DNA of 64,000 nt from an uncultured Gammaproteobacteria bacterium (GCA_964474445.1 CAYYSJ010000005.1:17835-81834), one strand, 5' to 3'. Shown: positions 50,988-59,649, counted from the first letter of the stretch. Numbers and translations are program-made. The notes: generated by a model from the sequence alone, not told the origin.

Positions 50988-51898
50988 AGTTCAAGTCCTT
51001 GAAAATAATTGGTTATTGTTTTTCGTTTAACAGATTTTTTTTGAATCACAAGATTTCTGCACAATGCAATTTCTTGTTTAGTTGGTATTGCTGCAACATT
51101 TCCTACTTTAGTACATTGCAGTGCTGCTACCAAATTGGCGAATTGTATCGTTTCATGAATGTCCCAATCTTGCAATATCCCAAATGCAAAAGCTCCTCGA
51201 AAAATATCCCCTGCTCCTGTTGTATCAATTGTTTTAATTGACAGTGACGGGATAATTTCCATTTTTTCGCCGTCAAATAAGAGAGATCCTAATTCTCCTG
51301 CTGTTGCAATGAGAGGTTTGGATGAAAGTTTTTGTACTGTTTTCAGACAACTTAATAAATGTTTTTTCTTGTTCACTTTGAGTAATGCCTCGATAGGAAC
51401 AATTGGGTATGTTGCGTGTCGTAACATATCAATGGTAAAGTCAGAGATCTCTGTTGATGTATCAACAAGAAGTGTGGTTGTGGGGTTTTTCTTAGCAATG
51501 ATTTCATAAAACGCTTCTTTTTCATGTCTGTCTAGTAGAATCAAGTCAAATTGGCGAAGGAACGCAGGAGTCAAGTGAGTAATAGGACGATGTTTGATTG
51601 CTTCACGTTTTTTTTCTCGCTGACCAGTCTGTGCATCGACAATAATCGTATGGATTTTGGTTCTTTCCTGTTTATGGGTAATCACTTGTACCTGTTCTTC
51701 TTGTAACGTTTGTTGAATGATATTTCCATACGAATCATTTCCAAGGCTTGTTATTAATGTGCATTCCATACCAAGTCGAGAGAGTAAAATGAGGCCTACT
51801 GGAACAGGTCCACCGACATGTTGTTCTGTAGTTTCCAAACGCCTGTCTTTTATAATGACATTGTCTATAACTGATTCACCAATTCCTAATATTTTCAT
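50984..51898 (-). CDS. PfkB-family carbohydrate/sugar-acid kinase (start refined to ATG 51898); first gene of the aro operon
   Basis: DTTGAGDIFRGAFAFG anion-hole motif. N-terminal GIGESVID. 4-nt overlap with DAHP synthase. Confidence 0.75.
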   Translation of the reverse strand: MKILGIGESVIDNVIIKDRRLETTEQHVGGPVPVGLILLSRLGMECTLITSLGNDSYGNIIQQTLQEEQVQVITHKQERTKIHTIIVDAQTGQREKKREAIKHRPITHLTPAFLRQFDLILLDRHEKEAFYEIIAKKNPTTTLLVDTSTEISDFTIDMLRHATYPIVPIEALLKVNKKKHLLSCLKTVQKLSSKPLIATAGELGSLLFDGEKMEIIPSLSIKTIDTTGAGDIFRGAFAFGILQDWDIHETIQFANLVAALQCTKVGNVAAIPTKQEIALCRNLVIQKKSVKRKTITNYFQGLEL

Positions 51899-51908
51899 AT
51901 ATTTACAC

Positions 51909-51931
51909 AAAAAAACCTCCCGGTTGGGAGG
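51909..51931 (-). terminator. Intrinsic terminator (attenuator 3:4 helix): CCUCCC-AACC-GGGAGG followed by U7
   Basis: Plus-strand aaaaaaacctcccggttgggagg. On the minus strand a 6-7 bp GC stem with a 4-nt loop and seven U. Lies 11 nt upstream of the kinase ATG. Confidence 0.65.
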
Positions 51932-51957
51932 TGTTCTTTTTGCTTCGTCGTTATGAC

Positions 51958-52032
51958 TTATGCGAGCAACAAACCTCCCTCGTCAGAGGTAAAAAAGTAA
52001 AAATAAAAGTTTGCTGCTTTTCTAATATGCAT
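51958..52032 (-). CDS. Leader peptide MHIRKAANFYFYFFTSDEGGLLLA (24 codons, six consecutive Phe/Tyr codons)
   Basis: Hand-translated on the minus strand: atg cat att aga aaa gca gca aac ttt tat ttt tac ttt ttt acc tct gac gag gga ggt ttg ttg ctc gca taa. Sits between a promoter-like element and the terminator. Confidence 0.55.
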   Translation of the reverse strand: MHIRKAANFYFYFFTSDEGGLLLA

Positions 52033-52044
52033 AGGTTAGTTGAA

Positions 52045-52073
52045 ATTATTCCATACCTTGTTTTCTTTGTCAA
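52045..52073 (-). promoter_or_regulatory. Sigma70-like promoter: TTGACA, 17-nt spacer, AATAAT
   Basis: Minus-strand ttgaca (52073-52068), a 17-nt spacer, then aataat (52050-52045). This is a sequence pattern only. Confidence 0.4.
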
Positions 52074-52241
52074 GTTGGCACAATATTCTCCGGAGAAATC
52101 TGAAAATGAGAAACTTAGTTTTTCGGATTAACCATGATTAATCGCCTACTCTTAAATCCATCATGTATTGTTACACCAAAGCCTTGAGGCACTTCTGCTA
52201 ATCTAAAAAAAGATGGAGAGTTCGTCTCGTATATGTTGCTT

Positions 52242-54341
52242 TTATATAGTGGGTAACAAAAAACAAAAGGAGGTCTGTTTTTTCTGTTGATCACTTCTTC
52301 CCCAAATTTTTCCATTGTGTGCTTTGATAATTTCTGCTGCAATGTAGAGTCCTAATCCCATTCCAGGAACACGGAGTTTTTTAGGATTTGTACGAACAAA
52401 AGGTTTAAAGATGCTATCTAAATCTTTTTTATTGATACCAATTCCATAATCTTTGACACACACTTTTATATTATTTGTCTCTCTTGAAAGCATAATATCA
52501 ATTGAGGTTGCATCGGGAGAATATTTCACTGCGTTATTAACGAGATTGATAAGTACTCGGCGGATCTTCTCTTTATCTCCTAATACTTTTCCTTCAACTG
52601 TCCCTTTTATATGCACAGTATGAGTAAGTATTGTCGGTTTCATTTCACTAATAGTTTCTTTGACTAGCTTCCCAAGAGCAATCTGTCTTTTACGAATTTT
52701 TTCTTCGCTATATTTTATTTTTGTGATATCAAGCATGTCCTTTACTAAAGATGATAATCTGTTTGTTTGTTCGATAGACTGTGTTACGATGCGAGGCATA
52801 TTCTCATATTGATTATTTTTCAAAGAACGTTGTAATGCTGATAGGTACAAGGTCAGACTTGTTAATGGCGTTTTTAATTCATGACTGGCAATGCCAATAA
52901 ACTCCTCTTTTATCAACTCTTTTTGTTTTAGATCAGAAATATCTTGCACAATGTCTACAATATTTTGTAGTGTTTTTTTATACACAATCGGGAAGGACTT
53001 AATTCTTAACCATTGTGTTGTTTCATCATCCCAAGTTAAACACAAATCCTTTTCGTATACATGAGGATCCTGGAACATTTTTTCGTAGTGTAATTGCGTT
53101 GTGTCCATCTGCCTTCCCTCTTCGTCAGTGACAAAAAGTAGGTTTCTTTTCCCTGACAAGGAAGTTTCTTGTTTTCCGTCAGAAAACAGATATACTCTTT
53201 TTGCTTCATTGTTCATAAAAAGAATCTTTCCCCTTGCGTCCCGAATAATAATCCCCTCCCCGACCTTAAGAAGAATTCTTTCTAAATCTTGTTTGGATTG
53301 ATACAATTTTTCTCTGGAAATAACTCTATCCAGTGCTTGTGCACATTGTCCAGCAAGCATAAGAATCACTTGTTTATCAAAATCTGTAAAGTTTTGGGGT
53401 GTCCGAAAGTAAAAATTAATACTCCCAAATACTTTTTCTTTTACTTTTAACGGGAGAAACGAGAGAGATGATAAACCTGTAGCATGGATAATTTCGTTCA
53501 GTGTCTTAAATTTTTTATCTATCGAATGTACATTGGTAATAAATAGTGGTTGTTTTTTTTGAATAACTACGTTGGTAAGATAGGTATCTTTAGCACGGTA
53601 CGTTGTTGGCCACGTATCAACAAGTTTTTTAGGATAACCAATCTGGGTAATAACGTCATAGGTATTTGTTTTTTCGTCAAAGATAACAACCTCTCCAACT
53701 TGAGCGTCTATCATATTAAACCCTTCTTTCACCATAATTTCGCCAACCTTTTCTTTCGTAGATGCATAAGACAAAAGTGAGGTAATCTTTTGCAATCCCA
53801 CAATCTTTTTCACAATATTTTCATATTTGGGTATTTCCGAAAACTCGACGGATTGTTTTTCTATGACATTGAGCATTTGATCAGCAAAAGCCAATGCTAT
53901 CTCTTTTGTAAACAAAGAAAACCGTTTCACAGGGAGAAAGAAAAAACATATGTATTCAGCAGTATTTTTACGAATTCTCATAACAATACATGTTTCGGGG
54001 GTGTTTTGAAGATAGGTGTGTAACTGAGGTATGGCTTTCCAGAATGAAAGATCTTCTACAAAAAGAACCTCTTGAGAGGAGAAAAGTTGTTCAAAAAGCA
54101 CATACTCAGCGTTAAGCGCGTGAGTAACGTATTCCATTGTTTGCTTATTCTTCCCAATGTGCGTTAGAAGTTTAAGCGGTGAACCAATCTCTTTCTTCCA
54201 TATAGCCGCTGCTTGTGCTCCGAGGAGAGAACTTCCTAATGTTACGACGATTTCTGAAAGTTGATTCAAAGAAGTAGCATGAGCTAATGCAATAGAAACC
54301 TGTGAAAATTTTGCCAATTGTTCTTGAGCACGTCCGTTCAT
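52242..54341 (-). CDS. Cytoplasmic sensor histidine kinase (GAF - GAF - PAS - HisKA - HATPase_c)
   Basis: H-box IGIASHELKTPLTS, N-box NLVNNAVKYS, G-boxes DYGIGI and GMGLGLYIA. No TM. No adjacent response regulator. Confidence 0.8.
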   Translation of the reverse strand: MNGRAQEQLAKFSQVSIALAHATSLNQLSEIVVTLGSSLLGAQAAAIWKKEIGSPLKLLTHIGKNKQTMEYVTHALNAEYVLFEQLFSSQEVLFVEDLSFWKAIPQLHTYLQNTPETCIVMRIRKNTAEYICFFFLPVKRFSLFTKEIALAFADQMLNVIEKQSVEFSEIPKYENIVKKIVGLQKITSLLSYASTKEKVGEIMVKEGFNMIDAQVGEVVIFDEKTNTYDVITQIGYPKKLVDTWPTTYRAKDTYLTNVVIQKKQPLFITNVHSIDKKFKTLNEIIHATGLSSLSFLPLKVKEKVFGSINFYFRTPQNFTDFDKQVILMLAGQCAQALDRVISREKLYQSKQDLERILLKVGEGIIIRDARGKILFMNNEAKRVYLFSDGKQETSLSGKRNLLFVTDEEGRQMDTTQLHYEKMFQDPHVYEKDLCLTWDDETTQWLRIKSFPIVYKKTLQNIVDIVQDISDLKQKELIKEEFIGIASHELKTPLTSLTLYLSALQRSLKNNQYENMPRIVTQSIEQTNRLSSLVKDMLDITKIKYSEEKIRKRQIALGKLVKETISEMKPTILTHTVHIKGTVEGKVLGDKEKIRRVLINLVNNAVKYSPDATSIDIMLSRETNNIKVCVKDYGIGINKKDLDSIFKPFVRTNPKKLRVPGMGLGLYIAAEIIKAHNGKIWGRSDQQKKQTSFCFLLPTI

Positions 54342-54410
54342 AACAAGATAACCTACTTTGATTTTTCTTTACTGTGTCTCTATACTAAAATTATATCAGT
54401 AATCTTGCTA

Positions 54411-55142
54411 ATGAAATCAATAAGAAATCCTTATAGCAAAAGCTTCTCTAACTTTTACGACATCTATGCGAACGAAGATTTCTCGAAAGTCACTCAACTT
54501 GTCAATTCACTGTTAGATACACACAATCCAGATGGGAAAACGCTACTTGAGTTAGGATGTGGAACAGGAAAGATTCTGGAAAGCATTTCGAAACGATATA
54601 CCTTTGAAGGTCTTGATATTTCTCAACATATGCTTGCAATTGCAAAAAAGAAATTCCCAAAAGCACGGTTTTATCTCAAAGACATGACAAATTTTTCCAT
54701 TCATAAAAAATTTGATGCTATTATTTGCTTTTCAGATGCTATTAATCATCTGCATACATTTTCGGAATGGAGGAAAACGTTTCAAAGAGTTTCTACCCAT
54801 CTGAGGAAAGGAGGCATCTTTATTTTTGATATGAATACCCAGGTACGATTGGAAAGGCTCTCTCATATGACGCGTTATGTGAGTCCGCTTTTACAGAATC
54901 AGTTTTTTACTGTGAAAGTGTCTCACGTAAAAGATACGATGTATAGCTTTTCTATTCAACTATTCACAATGGAAAAAAACGCTATTTCGCTTCATGAAGA
55001 CGTTATTATGGAAAGCTCTTTTCCCATACAAAAAGTAAAGAAATCTTTGGAAGGACACTTTACCATTAAGGACATGTTAGATGTAGTGCGACCGAAAGTA
55101 AGCAAAAAAACAGGAAAGGTAGTCTTTATTTGCAAAAAATAA
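54411..55142 (+). CDS. Class I SAM-dependent methyltransferase (start refined to ATG 54411)
   Basis: Motif I LLELGCGTGK. Acidic motif II LKDM. Confidence 0.7.
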   Translation: MKSIRNPYSKSFSNFYDIYANEDFSKVTQLVNSLLDTHNPDGKTLLELGCGTGKILESISKRYTFEGLDISQHMLAIAKKKFPKARFYLKDMTNFSIHKKFDAIICFSDAINHLHTFSEWRKTFQRVSTHLRKGGIFIFDMNTQVRLERLSHMTRYVSPLLQNQFFTVKVSHVKDTMYSFSIQLFTMEKNAISLHEDVIMESSFPIQKVKKSLEGHFTIKDMLDVVRPKVSKKTGKVVFICKK

Positions 55143-55480
55143 TATTGCCTAAGTTCTACTCTTCCCTGCTGTTTATTTATTTTTATAGGGCGCCGAGTGG
55201 GCCCCCGCCTAATCTGATCATATACTTTTATATAAACCCTTTTCCATCTGGAATGCAATAAGCCGAGTTTAGGATGTTATAAGGTGATTTGTGCGTATCT
55301 ATTACCATGGTGCTTCATTTTAGAGAAATGTAAAGGTAGTTTTCGTAACATGTCGTCACTTGGCAGATTCAATTTTTTTTGTATTTTCCTCTAGAAGCTT
55401 GTTTATGGGACACTTTATATCTTGAATCTAGAATTTTAATTAGTAAATGGATCAGAATGAAGATAAATAAATGGAGAATC

Positions 55481-55524
55481 TTGCTCTCTGATGTTCAGAT
55501 GCTTCGAACGTATTTTATAGAAAC
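55481..55524 (+). repeat. 44-nt direct repeat copy R1 (TTGCTCYCTGAYGTTCASAYRCTTCGAACGTATTTTMTWGAAAY)
   Basis: ttgctctctgatgttcagatgcttcgaacgtattttatagaaac. It lies 37 nt past the 3' end of the minus-strand gene 55561..56244. Confidence 0.7.
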
Positions 55525-55560
55525 TAATAGAGAATCTTACACAATTGTATTTAAGCTTCC

Positions 55561-56244
55561 TTAAAGTCTATCACGAAGTACTCTTAAATTATCTAGAAAA
55601 CGATCTCGCAGAAGCCGATTTTTTTTCATTAAATCTTCTCGTTGTTCAACATTTATTTTTGCCTCATGCAAATCCAGTATCATCAATTGCCATGAACCGT
55701 TAGGATGGACAAGAAGTTCAAAAGCATCATCACCGTCTGGAAGCTGAATGCCATTTGTTGTTGCAATGTCTACACACCTGTTTACTTGGTCTTCAATTAA
55801 GCGTATTTGACGTGATCCAACAATTTTTTTGAACAAAGGATCTATGTTAGTTCTTCTTCTGGGAGATGGGTCATCTTCCCTAAAGCCTAACACTATACTT
55901 AGAGCCAAACCCTTACCATAAGTTTCACTTCCATCGGCCTTAACATCGGTAACAAAAACTGTACCTTCATCTGTTTCTCGAACTGTATCTACTACTGGTA
56001 ACCCAACTCTCTTAAGCTCTACCCAATTTGCGAAATATAAACCCTTTCTTCGTCGCTTATCTATATCTGTACCAAATGATCTTTCGATTAGATGTACCTC
56101 TCTTCCTTTAGGGAACCTAACATTTGCCTTTACTCTAAATTTTGGCTCTACTCCTCCACCCGTAAACTTAATTGCTTCTGTAATGTAAAGGGTGTGTATA
56201 CGTTGACCTGAACCAGGAATTGCATCAACTACTCTCTCTGTCAT
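55561..56244 (-). CDS. Hypothetical protein (227 aa)
   Basis: Intact ORF flanked by repeat copies R1 and R2. No domain recognised. Confidence 0.4.
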   Translation of the reverse strand: MTERVVDAIPGSGQRIHTLYITEAIKFTGGGVEPKFRVKANVRFPKGREVHLIERSFGTDIDKRRRKGLYFANWVELKRVGLPVVDTVRETDEGTVFVTDVKADGSETYGKGLALSIVLGFREDDPSPRRRTNIDPLFKKIVGSRQIRLIEDQVNRCVDIATTNGIQLPDGDDAFELLVHPNGSWQLMILDLHEAKINVEQREDLMKKNRLLRDRFLDNLRVLRDRL

Positions 56245-56291
56245 GAGGTAATTTTATATTAAGAAGCGTTAAAAGTCAAACTATAGGTTTA

Positions 56292-56335
56292 TTGCTCCCT
56301 GATGTTCAGATACTTCGAACGTATTTTATTGAAAC
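56292..56335 (+). repeat. 44-nt direct repeat copy R2
   Basis: ttgctccctgatgttcagatacttcgaacgtattttattgaaac. It lies 33 nt past the purN stop. Confidence 0.7.
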
Positions 56336-56367
56336 AGAGGAAAATTTTATATCTACCCTTACCTAAA

Positions 56368-56979
56368 TTACTTAATAGCAATTTTGTCTAAATCAATTTC
56401 TCCAGTACTAATTTTTTGCAATATTTCAGAAAAAAACTTATGTTCCTCTGCAAGAACTCTCTCTGCTAATGATTTCGGAGTATCATTTTCTAAAACGGGT
56501 ACTTCACTCTGGGCAACTATTTCGCCTTCATCATAATTTTCATTTACAAGATGAATTGTTACTCCTGAAACTTTTTCTTTTGCTTCAATAACTGCGTCAT
56601 GAACAAATTGTCCATACATTCCCTTGCCACCAAATTTTGGGAGTAACGCTGGATGTATATTAAGAATACGATTTTTATAATAGGTCAGTGTTTTATGCCC
56701 AAGCATTCGCATGTATCCTGCAAGAACTATTATATTCACATGATATTTTTGTAGGGTTTGCAGTATCACTTCATCTAAGTCTTCTGGATTTGTTTTACCA
56801 CTCAAGTGAAAAGCTGGTACTCCTTCTTTTCGTGCTCTTTCTAAAGCCAAAGAATCATTATTGTTACTGATTACAACGCATGGAGTCCCATCAAGCTTTC
56901 CCTCTTTACAGGCCTCAATAATTGCTTGCATATTTGACCCACCATGAGAGGCAAGAAACCCTACATTAAGATGAGACAT
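56368..56979 (-). CDS. purN: Phosphoribosylglycinamide formyltransferase (PurN-like)
   Basis: Formyl_trans_N motifs NIHPALLP, the His-containing VLAGYMRML, and TIHLVNENYDEGEIVAQ. 203 aa. Confidence 0.8.
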   Translation of the reverse strand: MSHLNVGFLASHGGSNMQAIIEACKEGKLDGTPCVVISNNNDSLALERARKEGVPAFHLSGKTNPEDLDEVILQTLQKYHVNIIVLAGYMRMLGHKTLTYYKNRILNIHPALLPKFGGKGMYGQFVHDAVIEAKEKVSGVTIHLVNENYDEGEIVAQSEVPVLENDTPKSLAERVLAEEHKFFSEILQKISTGEIDLDKIAIK

Positions 56980-57040
56980 AAACAGCTAGATTATAACAGA
57001 AGTTCGAAGATTCAACCTGATCTGAGGCTAATAAAGACCG

Positions 57041-57084
57041 TTGTTCCCTGACGTTCACACACTTCGAACGTATTTTCTAGAAAT
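57041..57084 (+). repeat. 44-nt direct repeat copy R3
   Basis: ttgttccctgacgttcacacacttcgaacgtattttctagaaat. It lies about 165 nt past the stop of gene 57248..57868. Confidence 0.65.
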
Positions 57085-57247
57085 TGAGGAGAAGTTTGAA
57101 CCTGTTACTACTATGAAGCGTATCCCTCTTGTAGTTGTCTTGTTGTTACTATCTGGACTGCTTCCTCCTTAAGGTGCTGCTTTTTCTGCTACTTTGATAT
57201 ATTTTTTAAAATAGGGACCATGCAAGCTATTCCTCGTAGATATGCTA

Positions 57248-57868
57248 TTAACCTTGTTTATGGAGAAGAGGATAAAATTTATCGAACAGTCTTCGTAAAG
57301 GATTTACTGCTCTATACGTTTGTCTAAACGCGGTTGCATCAATAATATATGGTTCCCCCCTTAATTCTCTTGTTTTAGGATTATAAGTATCTGCTAACAT
57401 GGCATCTGCTCCACCATTTTGCATGTATCCCCAGGAAGCCATCATTGTAATTTTTCTCTTATATGGGTTTCTTCTGGATCTGATCTGTCCTTTATCAACA
57501 TATGTTCTTGTTTCGCCTGGTTGAGGCTTCCTTTGCCCTCGTTTTAGAGAATATGTCACAGTCATTTCTGTAGGATCAATAATGTATTGTTCTCCTCCTG
57601 GGTTAGTTACAATACCATCCCCTCGCTTTGCAATATCTGTTGTTTCAAGCCTTCCATCAGTAAATCGTGTAGTGATTTGTTCTTGACCTCTTGCAATTGT
57701 AATTTGTACTTTTCCCACTTTTCGATATCTTGGAGCTCTGCGAAGACTTCGCATGATTTTAGGATTATGCCTATCTACTTCTAAAACTTGTTCTGCTTCT
57801 CTGTTGGTCATATAATTAATACTATAATACCGCAAATTTGCTAGTTTGTCAAAGATATGGGGCAACAT
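57248..57868 (-). CDS. Hypothetical protein (206 aa)
   Basis: Intact ORF. Basic, Gly/Arg-rich. No recognised domain. Confidence 0.4.
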   Translation of the reverse strand: MLPHIFDKLANLRYYSINYMTNREAEQVLEVDRHNPKIMRSLRRAPRYRKVGKVQITIARGQEQITTRFTDGRLETTDIAKRGDGIVTNPGGEQYIIDPTEMTVTYSLKRGQRKPQPGETRTYVDKGQIRSRRNPYKRKITMMASWGYMQNGGADAMLADTYNPKTRELRGEPYIIDATAFRQTYRAVNPLRRLFDKFYPLLHKQG

Positions 57869-58042
57869 GCATTAGATGAAACAAGATGTTAATGCATGCG
57901 TAAACGATAACGCCCATTTTCTATGGGTTTATACAAGCGTTCGGATGGTTAAAGAAGTTAGTATGGCTCCTATTAAGGAATAGAAGCAGATGAACAGGCT
58001 GGTACCTTGATTAGATTTGTCCTGTAGTGTATAATTTCAGAT

Positions 58043-59563
58043 GTGAATAAAGAAGCATTTGCAAGGTGGATTTCTTTTGAAGGCAGACCTTCTATGACTG
58101 CTGATCAGGTTGCGAAAATCCCTACTCCAAGACATGTTATTCGAACACGAACGCTTGCTCGTGAAGTGAGCAAAGCAAATAGTGTTCCCTATACAGAAGC
58201 ACTACATGAAATTATGGTACGCCAGAAAGGAAGAGCTGACGGCTTTTTCCCTCGAATACGTATTCTTGAACCCTTTGGTGAGCGAGTTGCGTATGTAGGA
58301 GATATTCATGGAGGAAATGATGCATTTTATAAGCGTCTAGAGAGAATGGCAGACAATCCTCCAGATTTACTTATTCTCAGTGGAGATATTGCAGGCTCAC
58401 TTGACTATGAAGAGTTACAACGGCGTTTTTATAACACCTTGGTAAATCATACCAAGCCTTTTCTCAAGGAAAATCCCTCTGATGAAGAGTTATTAAGCTA
58501 CCGAGATGTTGTGGGAGAGGATCCCCTCACCCATCAAAAAGTGCATACAGATACGATGAAAGAAGGATTCTTAGGTCTTCGAAAAAAAGAACTTTCAGTT
58601 GCAGGGAAGAGTCCAGAAGAGATTGAAAGCATGATGCAAAGTCTTGACGATGCAACAATTGCCTCAGAAATAAGAAGGTATAGCAAGTACGTTCATTTTG
58701 GCCATTATGTATCCAATTTGCCAGAGGAAGTTGTTAAAAACTTAGTTGCGCAGTTAGATGAGGGGGTACAAACTTTTGTAAATGCAGTAAGACCACTTCA
58801 TGAGAAAGGGACACAAATAATTATCAATCGGGGGAATTGGGACAGTGCTACACCAACTGATTTTGAGAGAGGAACAGAAAAGCCGGTAAGACTTCCTGAA
58901 AATGAGAGACCTTTTAGAGTGTGGGATGCCATCCATGCAAAAGATGCAGCACTTACCATGATAGATGGCCCTGTTTCTGTTGAAAGATCAAAACGATCTC
59001 GGTCTCTGCATGTTGTTGTTCCTTTTGATTCCTTGGTTGGTCTTGTGGGAAAGGATGGACAAGTAAGAGAGGATGATTTGCAAAATAAATTTGGGGAATT
59101 GAAACAAAAAGTTGATCGTGCGCGAAAAAAAGGAAAAGCAGTGATTCTTGTTACTCACGGGCAGCCAGATTGGGAGATGCATTACCTCAATTACCGCAGT
59201 CAACCAGAAGAAAAACGTCCACAACCAAATGCTGAAAATAAAGCAGTTATTGCTGGAACGAAACGATTAGTTGCATACGTCGGTCCTGACGAACTTGTTT
59301 ATGGACATATGCATGAGCAAAAGGATGAGAATGGAGACGACATTGCTCCTCATGTACGATATGTATTACAAGTTACAAAAGATGGAAGATCTGTAGATGT
59401 TGTGCAAAGTCCTGAGGAATTTAGTAAGGGGGATGTTGTTGCTTCTTTAACTCCTCTTCAGGAGATAGCAAGAAGCTATATCCCAGCAAAAAGAAGATTA
59501 CGAGGCATATCGTTGAACGGAAAAAACAAAGGAAGAAAAGCTGCAATTATAGAAAGAGAGTAG
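58043..59563 (+). CDS. Calcineurin-like metallophosphoesterase-domain protein
   Basis: VAYVGDIHGG, LLILSGDIAG and NRGNWD (GNH[DE]-like) metallophosphatase motifs. Confidence 0.6.
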   Translation: MNKEAFARWISFEGRPSMTADQVAKIPTPRHVIRTRTLAREVSKANSVPYTEALHEIMVRQKGRADGFFPRIRILEPFGERVAYVGDIHGGNDAFYKRLERMADNPPDLLILSGDIAGSLDYEELQRRFYNTLVNHTKPFLKENPSDEELLSYRDVVGEDPLTHQKVHTDTMKEGFLGLRKKELSVAGKSPEEIESMMQSLDDATIASEIRRYSKYVHFGHYVSNLPEEVVKNLVAQLDEGVQTFVNAVRPLHEKGTQIIINRGNWDSATPTDFERGTEKPVRLPENERPFRVWDAIHAKDAALTMIDGPVSVERSKRSRSLHVVVPFDSLVGLVGKDGQVREDDLQNKFGELKQKVDRARKKGKAVILVTHGQPDWEMHYLNYRSQPEEKRPQPNAENKAVIAGTKRLVAYVGPDELVYGHMHEQKDENGDDIAPHVRYVLQVTKDGRSVDVVQSPEEFSKGDVVASLTPLQEIARSYIPAKRRLRGISLNGKNKGRKAAIIERE

Positions 59564-59649
59564 CATCCTTTTTGCATGGTACCTTTTCTGGTGGGTTATC
59601 ATCCGATGATTTGCCATTTCACCGTAAATTTGGTTTAATTTAATAGTAT

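Noticed and set aside
55481-57084. Classical integron (attC sites) as the explanation for the gene-plus-3'-repeat array
   Set aside because: There is no intI integrase, attI or Pc promoter in the window. The repeats are only 44 nt and lack the GTTRRRY / RYYYAAC core pairs and the long imperfect inverted-repeat structure of attC. I kept only the generic cassette-like description.
55486-57090. tRNA or tRNA fragment suggested by the CTTCGAACG segment (T-loop-like) inside the 44-nt repeats
   Set aside because: No acceptor stem, D-arm or anticodon arm can be built around any copy. I found no tRNA cloverleaf in any intergenic region of the window.
57113-57172. 19-codon hydrophobic mini-ORF (MKRIPLVVVLLLLSGLLPP) on the plus strand just after repeat copy R3
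   Set aside because: The nearest AGGAG is about 23 nt upstream, which is too far for a Shine-Dalgarno. There is no conservation evidence and it is on the opposite strand to all neighbouring genes. Noted only in case the repeats turn out to be plus-strand elements.
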